Positions 39,267 to 56,544 of a DNA stretch of 64,000 bases are shown here, one piece after another. Position numbers and translations under genes: made by a program. The notes below the pieces were generated by a model. The model was given only the letters and a program-made list of their open reading frames with translations. It was not told the origin of the DNA and searched no databases. Source of the stretch: Tubiluchus corallicola. Taxonomy: Eukaryota; Animalia; Priapulida. The DNA is taken from the NCBI GenBank assembly GCA_030141605.1, contig JAQGDQ010000005.1, positions 1,978,184 to 2,042,183 on the forward strand, read 5' to 3'. Every line of letters starts with the position of its first letter. Positions within the stretch are counted from its first letter, which is position 1.

Positions 39267-42200
39267 ATGAGTGCGGGAGATGCTTCTAAACCTGAGAAGA
39301 ATAATGATGATGATGAAATTGAATTACTTGATATTGATCCTAATGCTGACATGAGTCTTCAAGCAAAAGATGTGGTGGTACCATCAAAAACACTGCCAAA
39401 GAAACAACCGGATGATGATGCTGAGTGGGAAGATGATGAGGTATGTAGTTGTTGGATATGCGTGCCAAAAGTCTCTGATTAAAACTTGACCCATCCCATT
39501 TGCTTTACTTTTTCTTAACATTATTCTTGTTAATGAACCAGGTTTTAGTCCTTCGTTCAATTACTCAACTTTAGTAGTAACTAGTAAGTCTCCCACTGAG
39601 TGTTGGGTCTGAGCTTTGCAGAGTGACAAAATGTATAAGAAATTTAGTTATTACAATTTTAAGTATAACTTTTGTCATCTCGTTCATGTGATTTATTTTT
39701 CTGTGTTGTGAATGTTAAAGCAACAACCTAAACATTTTGTTTGAAAATATCTAAGCAACCTAAGATAATTATAATGTTGTACATGTGCTTTACTTTATAA
39801 AATTGTACTCTCACACCTGCACATATTTGTCTCTTGTTCAATGGTTTACTGATTCATTATAGTAGAGATTGAATTCTTACATAAGAACACTGACCAGATT
39901 TGTCGACCTCTGCACCAGAGTATTATCAAACCAGAGAAAGCAAATGCCAACCGATAAGCCATTTAACTACCTTGCCGGAGAATGGCTTTTTTCTGTTTAA
40001 GTAATATCTTTGTTGAAAAATTTGTTCTTTATTAAGAAATGATTTTTAAAATTTAAATGTGTGTGCGTACTAGGATGACGCAGAAGACGAAACACCATGG
40101 GAAAGATTAGTAGGATTAACAGAAATGTTTCCTCAGCCATTACGAGATGGAGTGCACACATTAGTCACGAAGTCAATTAGTGGAGTGTCAGCATTATATT
40201 CTCTGTCCCGAACAACTATGTGGATTTTAGGTTTGCACTTTGAATGTTTTTCTAATCTAAGCAACTGTAGATGCTCAAAGTTGCTGTGAGAAAAATGTGT
40301 ATCAACACAATGCAATTAGATAAAATACAATGTGTAATGTTGTGCAATGTGCTAATTTAGGATTATCGGAGGGAAACTCTTGAAATACATAGACACCAAA
40401 GTCTAATCAAAGTAATGCAAAGTCAAACCTGGATAATAGATAAGTGACCACAAGGAAAACAGCTTGTAGGTAGTTTCATCTAGCATGTCCCTGGCTATTT
40501 ACCTCACTGAAAGAGGGCGCATAAGACTTGAACATATTTAGTTTTGCCATAGTTGGTTAGCCTTGCTAGGTCCCGGCTTGCAGAGCAACGATTTGCTTAA
40601 AAAATTCATTTAGAGCTCAACTTTATTTTCCTGCCTTTTGTTTTTTTTATTTTAAGGTTGTGAAATGGTTTCACAAAGGAGTCATTGAAAAATATTTGAA
40701 CTGTTTTCCAAAAGCATCATGCAGAAATTGCAAATTAATTATTTATCATGTCAGTTTACTTGATAGTGTTTGTTTGGTGTATATTTTCTCTCTTGGTTAA
40801 GTACATAGCTAAGTTTGTTGTTTTCCTTTGCAGTATCTTCCTCAACAGTCTTAATGGCGCCAGTGATATTTGAAGTGCAAAGAGTTCAGATGGAAGAAGC
40901 ACAAATACAGCAACAGAGACAGGTAGGTCGTGTGTTAAGGTTACTGTCAAGATGAGTAAATATGTATGCTAATTTTTAAACGCAATTTTTAATGCATGTT
41001 GAACTGGTCCCACTAGCTCATTTGCCAAGGGTTTATAGCCAGTCTTGAATGTCTGAATTGTCAGAAATTGTGGATCATTAGAAAATTTTTACCTTATCAA
41101 CGTTCTTCTTGATTTGACCGTAAAAATTTATTCTGATTAAGTTATTTTTGAATTGGTCAGTCAAATTAATTAGCATATACTGTGCAACTGTCCTACCTTG
41201 AGTTTTTGCACTTTAGCTTGCTTGTGAGGTTCACTATGAAATAAAACCGTGATTATGTAATAATACAGCATTGTGTAACAATTCATAAATTTGATCATTG
41301 TGCTATAATTTTTGCATTCTGAATCTGTTTGCTCTAGTCTGTAGCTTGTAAATCTTGGTTTGATCTGTGAGAAATTTGGCCCGTCCTGGTCTCTTTGAGC
41401 TCTGCTCTGAGGTCTGTTTGTTACGAAATTTGTGGCTGGTCTGTCTGTCATTTGTTCTGTCTTGAGTCTGTTTTTGTCAGATGTGTGATCTGGCTGAATT
41501 TAGTTTGACAAGGGTATCTAGCCAGATAAGTCTGTATGGGTTGAATTCTGATTGTGGCACTACCACCACTAGGTTAGGTTCTCTACAGATTCTCTACAAA
41601 AAGATGAAGTGCATCATAACGTCATAACAGCGGCGCTTTATGGAAATTGAAAAATCAGACTCCTCTATTGCCCGTGCATAGGTCCATAGTATATTGTGTG
41701 TCTGTATCAAAATTCTTCTTCCTATGGAATGCAGAATTTATATAGAAAACAATTTGCATAATAAAATGTAGCTAAAAGTAATGATTATTAATATAAGGAT
41801 CAATGTGGCCTATATTTGCCAAACTAGACATTTGCTATACCTGACCTTAAGGAAACCAGAACCTAGCCAAAGTCAACCCCTCATCTAGAACAAAAGGAAA
41901 CTGACCCATCCAACAATTAGAGCAAATCCCGACTGTGACAAGACCCAAGCGCAGGCCATGAATAACCCAAGTTTTTAACTTGTTACATGTATTATTTTTG
42001 TTACACAATAATTGTTACGTAATAACACAAAAAGATTTACGTAATGAACACATTACTTAATAACATAATTTATTTTTTGTATACATAGTGCTGTATGGTT
42101 ACATAATGTTTTTTGATACATAATGAAACGTAATACTTATTTTTGGAAATAGATAGTTTTACATATTTGTGTTATAAACTACTTATGTGCCTGTTTGCTG

Positions 42201-42589
42201 AATAAAAGTGATGAGTTATTTTTGCAATTGTTTTCAAGAGACACTTTGCTCCATTCACTATGACCCTGCTTGCAAATACTCTCATATTAACCAACATTAA
42301 TCCGCAATAGAGTGTAATGGCACCTGACGAATGTTACCTGTTTTGTGATTGCTCTTTTATATCTGGAGTAACATTATATTGCTGATTCAGTTAATTACGT
42401 TATGATGGACTATATTGTATCATTCTAGGCAATATTAGGATTTTCTATTGTTTTGCAATATAGGTTAGCTGTTGAGTCTGATATGACTGTGAATTTTTCT
42501 GTTAACAGATTCTACTTGGTCCAAGTGCGGCTGTATCTTCAGGTGGGCGTTCACAGAATATGCCTGCAATGCCGGTTCCCTTAAAGTGA
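39267..42589 (+). CDS. TOMM22: Mitochondrial import receptor subunit TOM22; coding exons 39267-39440, 40074-40230, 40834-40922, 42509-42589
   Basis: It has an acidic N-terminus, DETPWERLVGLTEMFP, SRTTMWILVSSSTVLMAPVIFEVQR and QQQRQILLGP, which are TOM22 signatures. GT-AG junctions are in phase. Confidence 0.95.
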
Positions 42590-45414
42590 TTAACAGTGAG
42601 TTGATTTGTCTATGCACATTATCTCTATTGTCAATATATGTGGAAGTTGTTTTCTGTTCACTGCCAATGGCAAGCAGGACTTAAATAAATATTGCAGTAA
42701 TTTGAATTTTTTCTGCTAAAGTGCCCTATCTATTGCAAACAATCATTTTTATTGCTAGCAGCTATTTGCAGATTATTGATTCTTGTAGTTAGTTCGAGTT
42801 TCATGCTTCTTTGATTAATTCGAGTAGATTGTCATTCCACAGAGTATCTTAACCTGTATCTTTGGTGGGTTATAGTTTGATATTGTTATACAGGCTTATT
42901 TGTAAAATTGTGTAGTTTGTAACAGCGTTTTTACTAGAATTTACTAGAGTTCATTGAAAAAAAAAACAGTTTTATTTTGCATACAGAAACTTAGGTATCC
43001 GTTGTAAACAAAATAGCTAAGCCAGTCACACACTTTGTACTTTGCCGATTGTTGTTTATAAGTTTGCAGCCAGTGAATATGTGTCAGTGTGACATCATCC
43101 TAGTTATTGTTGTCATTTGGTATGCCCGTCATAATCTATTTTGTAATTCGTGATGACTAATTTGAATTCTGGTCACCATTGATTCCTGTTTTTCATAAAG
43201 GTTAAACTGTTGAAATTTGACTGTAAAAATTGATATTGTTGACATCATGTACCTAAATGGTAGAGGAACAATCCTAATGTTCCATAACACTTCTGCTAAA
43301 ACAAAGATTTGAGAACTGTTTTGGATTGCTTGAGGGGCACTAAAACCTGTTGCAGTTTGTTTTCTGGACTTAAATCAGTATGTGCCTGCTGTGAGATGAT
43401 GTAATTATCAGTAACTACATGTATTTGCTTTACTTTCAGTTTTTTCAATCAAATTCAAAGTGTATGGTGTGAAAAATTGCTATTGCTAAGTTACAGAATA
43501 TGCCAAAATGACCTGCAGAATTTACATGAGTGAGTGATAGCCAACAGTTAAGAATGTTTTTCATGCACTGGCAGATCTTAGTTTATGTACAATTGTACAT
43601 TAATAGAGAAAACATTCATTTTAGAAATAAACTTTATTTAATACACTTGATCACAATCTACCAATTTCTGTTTTATTTTATATAGTTAAAGAAAATTTTA
43701 GGCCACATAAGACATACTCACAAACAAGCCCTTTGTTTTGGGTATAAAATGCTTTCCTGAAAGTGCCTTCTATATTGAACACCCAACAGCTACTTTGTTA
43801 TCTTACTGGAGTTTTAATATTGATTTGTTTCAAAAATTTAGAATTAGTTACCATTAGGTAATTGATGCTATCGGTTTTAGACAGTATTTTCCGAAATTTC
43901 AAATCAGCCTATTTACATAATGGTAACACACCACTAAATTGAACTGCAAAATAAAAATAACAAAACTACAGCCATTTATTAATATAGTTGTAAAATAAAG
44001 AACAACTATTTTGTACTACTACTGCTATCCTGCACAATTTTTTATGTACACTAATTAGCATCTGCTCTGGTAACTGTACATATTATTAAAAAATTAACAA
44101 ATTAAATTAATTATTTAGTATTTATTTGTAAAGTAAGCTATTTTCTACGAAAATGCATTTTTGAGGTTGTACGTTTGAAGTAGTCTAACAAAACCTAGCA
44201 ATTTATGCACATTCTTTAATAAATTAAGCTTTAATCACATAGTATGTCAATTACTATCAATTACAAACGTGTTCATAAAACAATGAAGTTAAAGCTACTA
44301 CATACACATACTTTGCTCCTGAGGCAGCGTTAATTTGGGACAAAAGAAAATACAGTTCATCATAATGCACTTTGGTAGGTAGAGAAATTTGACTTGCGTG
44401 ACTCACCAGAATTTATTTCTTAAAATTTGAAAGTATTATTTGTCATTTTTGCTGATGACTTCATAACTAGCCTATACATTGGTAACGCATGTATGCCAAC
44501 TCGTACTAAACGACGTTAATCATTTTTATAACAAAAGCCATATTCACACTGCACACAGAAAGTTACGCTGATATCATTTTGAAACTCGATGTTCATCGAG
44601 CAATAATGTGTAACTAGGAATAGAAATCCCTGATTAACATTAGCCCTAGAAATTATAATACAAGCGTAGTGTTAATTCAAAGCGTCTTATATAATGTATC
44701 AACGCAGAATTCTGAATTTCACTTGAGTAAAAGTTTCAGTAAAACGAAAGTCCTGCAATTTTCGCATGGTAGGAAATTTTACTTGTGTATCTAAATATGC
44801 ATCTAAAAACCCTGGAATACATTTTTAAAAGGCTGCTCGTTTGAATAAATTATCAAGCACAACCTGCTTGGGCGGGCGTATCTGTTTGCCAGACTCGAGA
44901 CTTAAATAACTGATCTGAAGCACCTGGATGCAAGTGAACACGTCACGTTTCAGGTGGGATGGACCAGGTGGTTTTAAGTGAAGTGTCACATTAAGTAAAG
45001 TCAAAAGTTCGCCTAACCTGAAATACTTGAACATGTAGCTTACAAACTCGGTGAACATTAAATGCATCCACATGAACTTCTGTCTAACTGAAATTCATAC
45101 TATGTAAAATTTCATTTGCAGTACCATGCTTACATGTAAAACAACGTGCTCATCTCCAAGCTAACAGACATAAATAAATGTTAACAAACCCATATATTTT
45201 ACTAACAGAAATAACTTGGACATTTCACAAGCCAGTAATAACGTTGAATTTTGAGTTATCGAGTTACGTCTAAATGCTTTTTATAATAAGCCTACGTCAC
45301 GTGGAAGCACAAGAAAATACGCTGCACTTTGAAAATAAGACGGAACAATAAGGAACAAACAGTACAAAAAGGTAAAAAAAAGTTGCGATTCTCGTACACT
45401 CAATCCGCTGTTTC

Positions 45415-49007
<3,593 letters not shown>

Positions 49008-50439
49008 TTTGTCGAAATTTAGGCTTTTACTGATCCTATTATGAACTGCAATGTTACTAAAATCTTTCAATATTAAGTCTTACATATATTGGGGGCAGAT
49101 AAAAAACGGATATTTCAGCAATGTCGAAGCTTTCTGATTTGTCCTAGGAAACTAATCTGCCTATTCCTGTACAATTGATGCAACCCCGCTAACCCGCCTA
49201 AAAATGTGACTCGAGTGCTCCGAGTCAGGTGTCATCTTTTCAGTTCATTATAAAACAAAAGCAAAAAAAATTGCCAAAATTCTTAAATCTAGTTTACTTT
49301 TACTACATTACATCCTTAAAAACCAATTTAGACCTAACGCTTGTAATGGACTGTGATATTAATATTTATCGTAAAAAGTCAAGTTGTCTAAAAACAACAC
49401 TTAACATAGTTAAACCTAATAATAATAACTGTTCTCTCCTTGACTACACTTAATTGAGTCTACTATTTTTAAGCCATATATAAACGTTCTTTAGTCTGAA
49501 GAATTTATGAACACGTAAATGAACTTACCTGTAAAAGAAACTAATATAAAGCTGTTAATGAAAATATGTCCTCAAAAAGATAAACGCAGTTCGTCAAAGC
49601 CGTTACAAGTCAACCATTTGTAATGTTTAACTTATTTGTGCAAGCTCGAACTTTGGACTCCTCTCATTTACTTTGCACCAACTCACCTATTAGATATTTA
49701 TACAAAGAGCGTACGTTGCGCTGTACATCAAATATTTTGTCTATGCTATGACTAACATTAGCCCATAAATATTATAAGTTTCGGGAAAACATAAGCAATA
49801 ATCTAGTAAAATTTGTGAAAGTTAAGCACAAATTGTTCTTTCAATAAACATACAGCAATGCTGTCTAATGGTTTTAACGTAGTCAATGTTGTTGTTTTCT
49901 ATCATCCTTAATATTTTAGTTTCAGCATATGTTGTGCTAACACATTCTTTGATTTTAACTGGCATCCCTAATGTACATCGACCTGACGATGAAATCGGCT
50001 CAACACATTCGTATAGACGTAAACTCAATTCAGTACTATAATCGTGCAATTTTACAAAACTTTAAACTTACTACAGTATTTCTGATTACATTACTGTATT
50101 ATGCACAAAAATGGCGAGTCATGATAATGATAGTCAGTTGGCTGCGGCGGCGGCGACGACGACGAAGATGATGATGATCAAAACTACGTGTTAATTGCAC
50201 TACTATACAAGGCACAAATTATCGAACGTGTTTCTCGAAAATGATTTTTCATATGATATGTATGAGCTACTGGGCAGTGGACCCATACAATATGCATCAT
50301 ACTGATTAATTACTGTATTCTAAAGCTTAAAAATGCCTTTTCGTAACTGACGTGTGTAATACCATGTGAGTTAGTGTAATATGGTGGGTTTTCTTTTGCA
50401 CCTCATCCATTCTGGTGCACTGACGATAGTACATAACCT

Positions 50440-50631
50440 CAGTTTTGATGCCAAACTTCAAAGACAAAAAATGTAAATTTGTAAGAATACGGCCTAGAAT
50501 TGAACCAGGGACCTTACAAAGCAGACGCATTAGACCACCCGGCCCCCATATTCTCCAGTGATCAAGGCAGTCCCAAAGTTCATCCCTTACAGCTGGACAA
50601 AGTTCATCCCAAAATCAGTACTTTCAATGTT
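50440..50631 (-). repeat. tRNA-containing dispersed repeat, copy 2
   Basis: The reverse complement reads aacattgaaagtactgat...ggatgaactttgggactgccttgatcactggagaatatgg..tggtctaatgcgtctgctttgtaaggtccctggttcaattctagg...tttggcatcaaaa, collinear with 13767-13955. Confidence 0.65.
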
Positions 50632-50747
50632 AGGTCGCTGACAAAAGAGTGATTCTAACTAATTAGATAATTAATCTTTTTTCTTTATTTTTGGGCGCGG
50701 CAAAGAAGATGCATAACTTTGACGTTAATGTATAGAGGGTTCAGGTC

Positions 50748-50925
50748 CATTTTCCAGAAAAAGTATTCCCAGTAGACTTTTTCACAGAAAACTTAAAAAC
50801 ATTTCCCAGAAAAACAGCTTTCCGGAAAAACGTTCACCAGTAAATTTTTTCCCAGAAAACCTTTTTTCCTATAAAATATTTTTCTTTTAAATTCGTTTCA
50901 CAGAAAAAGTACTTCCCAGAAATAT
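50748..50925. repeat. Degenerate minisatellite of TTCCCAGAAAA-like units
   Basis: About ten units such as ttcccagaaaa, ttcacagaaaa and ttccggaaaa. Confidence 0.7.
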
Positions 50926-51064
50926 TTTTTAAGAGAAAACCCCCGGTTTTGTTTTTAGTTGTAAGGTCTGCCATTTTAGTGGGATGAAGCCCTCTGTACC
51001 TCCTTCCCTCCTTAACCCCTCTCACGCTTTTTCTCTTCCCCTCTCCTCTCCTGTCTTTTCTCTC

Positions 51065-51067
<3 letters not shown>

Positions 51068-51124
<57 letters not shown>
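51068..51124. repeat. (CT)n microsatellite
   Basis: Direct read. Confidence 0.95.
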
Positions 51125-51129
<5 letters not shown>

Positions 51130-51783
51130 AATATCCTTCTCCATCTCTCTTTCTGCTTCTAATTATTCACAGTGCTACAACTAAGGACTATAAGAATTAT
51201 TGAAAATGACGCGATATATCGAGTATAGCAGACAGAATCCGCCATATTTTTAGCTCGCAAAACTAATGTTGAACTGGGATCAATTTGCATTGTATCATTT
51301 GACATATAATTTCCTCAAATTTCATTGATTTTCAAATGTGTGTATGAGAGTTACATGTGTGTATGAGTGAAGGGCAATGAGTCTTGGAGTCCAGTGACAA
51401 CGATTGCTTAATTTGTTTATTGGATTCTCATTTCATTGTTATTTAAATATTGCAAGTATATTAAGTGTGCTTTTAAAGTAATTGGTGCAATATCATTAGG
51501 GGCCTTTGTACTTACTTATTATTATGAAATCCTTTATTAAAATTTCATAGTTTCTAAAAACGGTAACGAATTAAAAGAGGAGATAACTGTTACACAAAAG
51601 AGTTGAATTGGATTTGTAATTTTAAAGAGTAATGAGTACATACAAGTTTTATAAAACATTAACTATTATAAGTGATAGTTGGAAGCAAAAAATTTACTGC
51701 TAAAACTAACAAAAATTGATAAACAAAAGTTAAGTGCCTACGTTCTAGTGCTGCCTATTAAACGTGTTACTTACTGCATGCTA

Positions 51784-52656
51784 TTATATACTTGGTACTG
51801 CAGTACTATACATCAAAGCGTATACTATTTGAACTAAACAGAGTTTATGTAACCACGATGGACCAGTGCTTGAAGAAAAACTTTTTTTCTGTTCCGTAAG
51901 TCCTGCGTGTATGCCACTGCAGTAATATATGTCAAAACATATAGTATTAAATTCGTCAGGTGGTTGGCAAGCCTGATGCTCGTCCATGGTTGTTAGTGAT
52001 GTAGCCTGGGGAAGGTAACAAGGTGCTATCTTTAGCGCTTTGAAAGCAACTGGAGGCACGAATTTCAGTGTCGTGGTGTGGCGATTTCCGACAGCAAAAA
52101 GTTTGTAGCCACGTTTGAGTTCAATGTACGTGCCATTTCCTGCAGGATAACCGCTTCCAGGCACCCACACGTAATTTATGGGGTTTTTCGTTGTAGGTCG
52201 TATGCACTTTTCATCGAATACAACCCTGGAAATAATACGTCAGTAATACTAGTACGACAGTACAAAGGACACTTGTATATATCCTTCGGTACCTCTTTAT
52301 GCTTCACGAACTTCAGAATTTCCAAAACCATGATCAACAGACCACCCATTTTCTAGTTTATCGTCTTCGTTATATAGAGTGAGTTTCTGCCACTTTTGAG
52401 GCCCACCGCCAATAGGCCGCCTGTGTGAACTAACTTCTTGTATGCAACGATGCCCGCTCCGACACTTTGTTTCAGTCAAACACTCGTTTTTTCTATACCT
52501 TTTTTCTTTTACATGATAACCGGTATACCGATCCGTCATCCTCTCAAATTCATGTTGAACGTATGCTTTCACACTGTTGATTATAATGACAATAATCATA
52601 AATACAGAGATGTTAAGACTGGCACAAAAAAGCCCAGCCTTCGATTCCATTACCAT
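51784..52656 (-). pseudogene. Single-frame secreted/GPI-like protein with a probable discoidin (F5/8 type C)-like domain, interrupted by three in-frame stops
   Basis: Track ORFs 52297-52656 and 51784-52170 are in the same frame, with stops TAA 52299-97, TAG 52251-49 and TGA 52242-40. It has a signal peptide, EA*RGTEGYIQVSF, KLFAVGN..LKFVPPVAFKALKIAP, ICFDIYYC and a hydrophobic C-terminal tail. Confidence 0.55.
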
Positions 52657-53852
52657 TTGTTTTTCGCAAATTTGCTTTACCTGTAGACTGTTTGCTCATT
52701 TTAATTGACAAAACTATTGCAAATTGTTACAATGATAACAGTTGCTGACGTTATTGTTGATAGAATGAGTATACAATAATTGTTTTATGAGCAGATAATT
52801 GATTACGAGAGTTCCGTTAAAAGACGCATGGAAAAAAACAATTGCACTAACTCAAGATCCATATCTCCTGTCTTCAAAAAAGAAAGATAATGTCTGCAGC
52901 GCTTCACAAAGTCTCCTCTCATTTTTATTTCATGTCTCTATTGCTATGTATTACCTTTGTGCACCTCAATCGTCACATCATCAGCTGCACATCACACGCC
53001 ACACAGGATCTTTCAAATATAGGCCCAGGTGAGCTACATGTCACACTGGAAAATGTGGTGCCTTTGTGTTGGAGATTGCACCATAGACTGGAATGTTAAA
53101 CTTCAGACTACATAATGTTAAGAGAGAGCGAATCTGTGTAGCCACTATGCGTGCTTGGGTTAATAGCAATGCAGCGCCAAGCATGGTTAATAAATAAATG
53201 ATGACTATTGGGAAAAAGCATAGTTTTTTCATTTAGACAGTCCCAGTCCGTTTAGTTGGACAGTTTCCATTTACCACATTGTGGTCGGCTGTTTTTCTCC
53301 TTTGGCAGAGTTGTGTATGCAACTAAACGTGGCTAAAATACCCCAGGGAATAGAGCTTCTGGTAACAATTTCTAGGGATAATAAATAAACTATAGTCCTT
53401 ATTTTATTTTCAGTGGTGTCCGTAACAATGAAGCTATTAGTTAGGGCATGCAATATACAAAAATGTTTAAAGGGGCAATTTTTGATTAATTTGTTTTGTA
53501 ATGGGTTGCTCACTCAGCCCATTCTCGTTTAAACAGTTTGCATTATTATAAGTAATAAATGTGCAGTAATAAAAATAATACATGTGTACCAGTAATAATG
53601 AAGGTGTTTTTGTGTTGTGTAGTTGGTTATAGATTGTAGACTTTTCTTAGGATAAGCACTACAATTATCGTCGCGTACTGAAGTATAAAACACAAAGTCT
53701 CGTTTAGCATATGTGATCGTATGCTATACTGAGCATAAAGTCCATTGATGAACATTCGCAATAAGTCCAAGAGGGTAGAGAAACGTCTGGTGCAGAATCT
53801 ATAGCAAAGCACTTGAGTCTACAAACTGACTGTCTTCTGGTTGATGATGCTT

Positions 53853-53961
53853 GGCCCAATTTGCACAAAGCAGTCACTAACTTAACGACGTCTTTATTAA
53901 TAATTAAGTGAAAGTAATAATGATATTGTTAACTTAGTGACAGCTTTGTGAAACCGGGCCC
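53853..53961. mobile_element. Short MITE (PIF/Harbinger-like GGCCC termini)
   Basis: ggcccaatttgcacaaagcagtcactaa forms an inverted repeat with ttagtgacagctttgtgaaaccgggcc. Confidence 0.6.
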
Positions 53962-55149
53962 TAGTCTGTATATACCCCAATTCTGAGGCTAAACTTAGTT
54001 AACTTATGTCACACATCTAAAAATTTCTATCCTTAGTAACACCTAGCAACGAGCCGCTGCTGACCTGTCACCATAGTAACGTCCTCTGCTACCATGTCAC
54101 CATGGAGAAGGGCACTACTTTTAAGTTGCTGTTGACTGGCCTTTAAGCGCAGTAATATAAAACACATCCTAATACATACCTGATTGGCTATTCTAGATAC
54201 TTCCGACGATAGGGTCAGTGACTTCTAACTCTTAAGTATCATAATCTAGCGCCTGCAGAATGTTCACAAGAAGTTGCTCTTTGCAAGTGGCGTATGTTCA
54301 TAAGACACAGATGCAAACAGGCAAGCAGACTAGCAGAGGTTTACATAAATATGAACAGATTTATACAAGTTAATAATATTAAGATACTTGCTCTGTTACT
54401 ATGCTAAAGGCGATTCCAGAGAAAACTACTATTACAAATTGATAGTTATTATAACAAACTGCTAACGGCTTCATTGCAAGCATTCCGTGAAAACTATGAT
54501 GTTTGCTTTATCGTCGACGACGACCTGCCCAGTTAAGTCGCCCTAATAATATCCATCCAGACTGTCAAGATCAAGTTCGTAGCGCCCAGAGGATACAGAA
54601 CGTGAAAGGCCACGTTCTACATGTGGAGTATGAAGGTTTAATTCGCGTCAAGGGAACAGCTTGTCATAATTCCTAAGAAGATATTTTAGGGGGAGCAATT
54701 GTCGCTGTCAAGCAACTAGAGGTTAACTTGAAAAATTATGCTTTTGTAAACATTAACGAATGTATTTGAAACGAAGCCAGTTTATACTATGTGACCTAAT
54801 TTTTATTGTTTTTGTTCACGCCACTTATTAGTAGCATCCGGTTAATATGTAGTCAGTTTTCTGTTGTTGCCATGCTGATCATTAAAGGTGAACATTCTCT
54901 ATCAGAAAGCGAATTTGAATCGAATTTGAATTCAGTTTTAAAGGCTTGATTTTACTTGATTTTATTGCAGTAAAATTTCACTAATAATTTAAAACACATT
55001 AAAATTTGTACACAGACATTGCAGAGCTAAATTGCATACTGTTTGGAACGTTTTGATGATAGAGAACTGTTGCAGTTCAAGTGGTAATTAATCGAATCCA
55101 TAATTTTAAGTTCGAATTGAATGCGTTCGATGCCCACGCCTACTGAACA

Positions 55150-55540
55150 GCGTTATAGCGATTTTCGTCAGCGAAATTTGCACGGGCGTTTTAGTGATTG
55201 TATTGCCAACAGATTTATACACTGGAATGAAAAAATTCCTTGGAGTTCAAAAGTCATGATTCCTTGGAATTCAAAAGAAAGTCAAAAGATTAAGATGGCT
55301 ACGACACCTTCTAAGATTATCAAGTGAAGAACCAGTAAGAATCGCCTTAAAGGAAGCCTTAAAACCTTGCAAACACCACCTGGCAAACCAAAAACAACTT
55401 GAACAGCTAAGATAAATAAAGATGTTCAACAACCTCATCTAAATCTATGTTTAGGAGTAGAAGAACTTACGCTGCTAGCTGCAGATAGAAGTGCCTCAAT
55501 GTCTACAATAGATGGAATGAAAATTTGAAGAAGAAAAGAT
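55150..55540 (+). mobile_element. RTE-clade LINE 3' fragment
   Basis: It reads QRLRWLRHLLRLSSEEPVRIALKEALKPCKH..GKPKTT*TAKINKDVQQ and has the same tail as the 8.2-8.6k copy. Confidence 0.7.
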
Positions 55541-56136
55541 GTGTAGCTTGATCTATATTTTCGTCGTAGTTTCGCAGTAAACTGTTAAGCGACAGTTTTC
55601 TAAAAGGAAGGTACACAGCAGTAACGAACAGCCGGACGTCCCATTTTTTCTGTTTTATGCGTGATAAAATATCTTAATGTTTTGCATGATTCGCTTTGTT
55701 GTATAATCAGTACCAACAGGACGTAAGAGAAGGCAAAGGAAAATAACTTCGTTTTATGTTGTACTCTACATATGAGCGGCATTTTGTCCGAATAAATAAA
55801 ATGAAAGAATTATAATGCTAATTGACCAGTTAACTAGCAAGTGCAAACCTCATATGCCATATATCTCATATGTCACAGTGAAGAAATACTCAATGGTATT
55901 TCACGCTGTCATGGAAAAGCACAGGCCCGCAATTCAACAGGGAGGCTTGCACTTGTTCAATACGTACCCTTGGAGTTACCGTGTATTCTTTGCACAATGT
56001 GGCTAGTCTATTGTAGACAGGCATCTTTAGCAAATTGGCAAAAATGAGGAAATTGTTAGACAGTGATTCCGTTTAAAAATTTATATACACACTTTTGGTA
56101 TTACTCGATTGAACATGGAAACATGATGTCATATAT

Positions 56137-56169
56137 GATTGCTGTTGTTGTCGTCGTCATCGCCGCTGT

Positions 56170-56201
<32 letters not shown>

Positions 56202-56485
56202 TTGCTGTTGCCAGTATTGATGGTGCTGATGCTGTTGCTATTGCTGTTGCTGTTGCCGTTGCCGTTGCCATTGTTGTTGATGGTTGTTGTTGTTGTTGTT
56301 GTCGTCGTTGTTGACGTTGTTGTTAATGTTGATGTTGCAGTCGCTGTTGCTGTTGCTGTTGCTACTGCTGTTGCTGTTGCCGCTATTTCTGTTGCTGATG
56401 ATACTGACTCTGTTATTGTTGCTGTTGTTGTTGGTGGTGGTGTGGTGTTGTTGCTGTTAGTGTTGTTGTTTTTTCTGCTGTTGTT
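56137..56485. repeat. Compound (GTT/GCT)n trinucleotide microsatellite
   Basis: Direct read; it explains the poly-L/V/A/T/N ORFs in the track. Confidence 0.92.
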
Positions 56486-56544
56486 TAAGTTCTCAAAGAC
56501 ATAAACTTTACCTATGGGTCGGATGAGCTGAAAATAGTCCAATC

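Noticed and set aside
41980-42140. TACATAAT/TACGTAAT-rich degenerate repeats in a TOMM22 intron
   Set aside because: This is low-complexity repeat interior with no definable unit or ends.
56063-56542. Poly-V/A/L and poly-T/N ORFs
   Set aside because: They are artefacts of the compound GTT/GCT microsatellite abutting a LINE.
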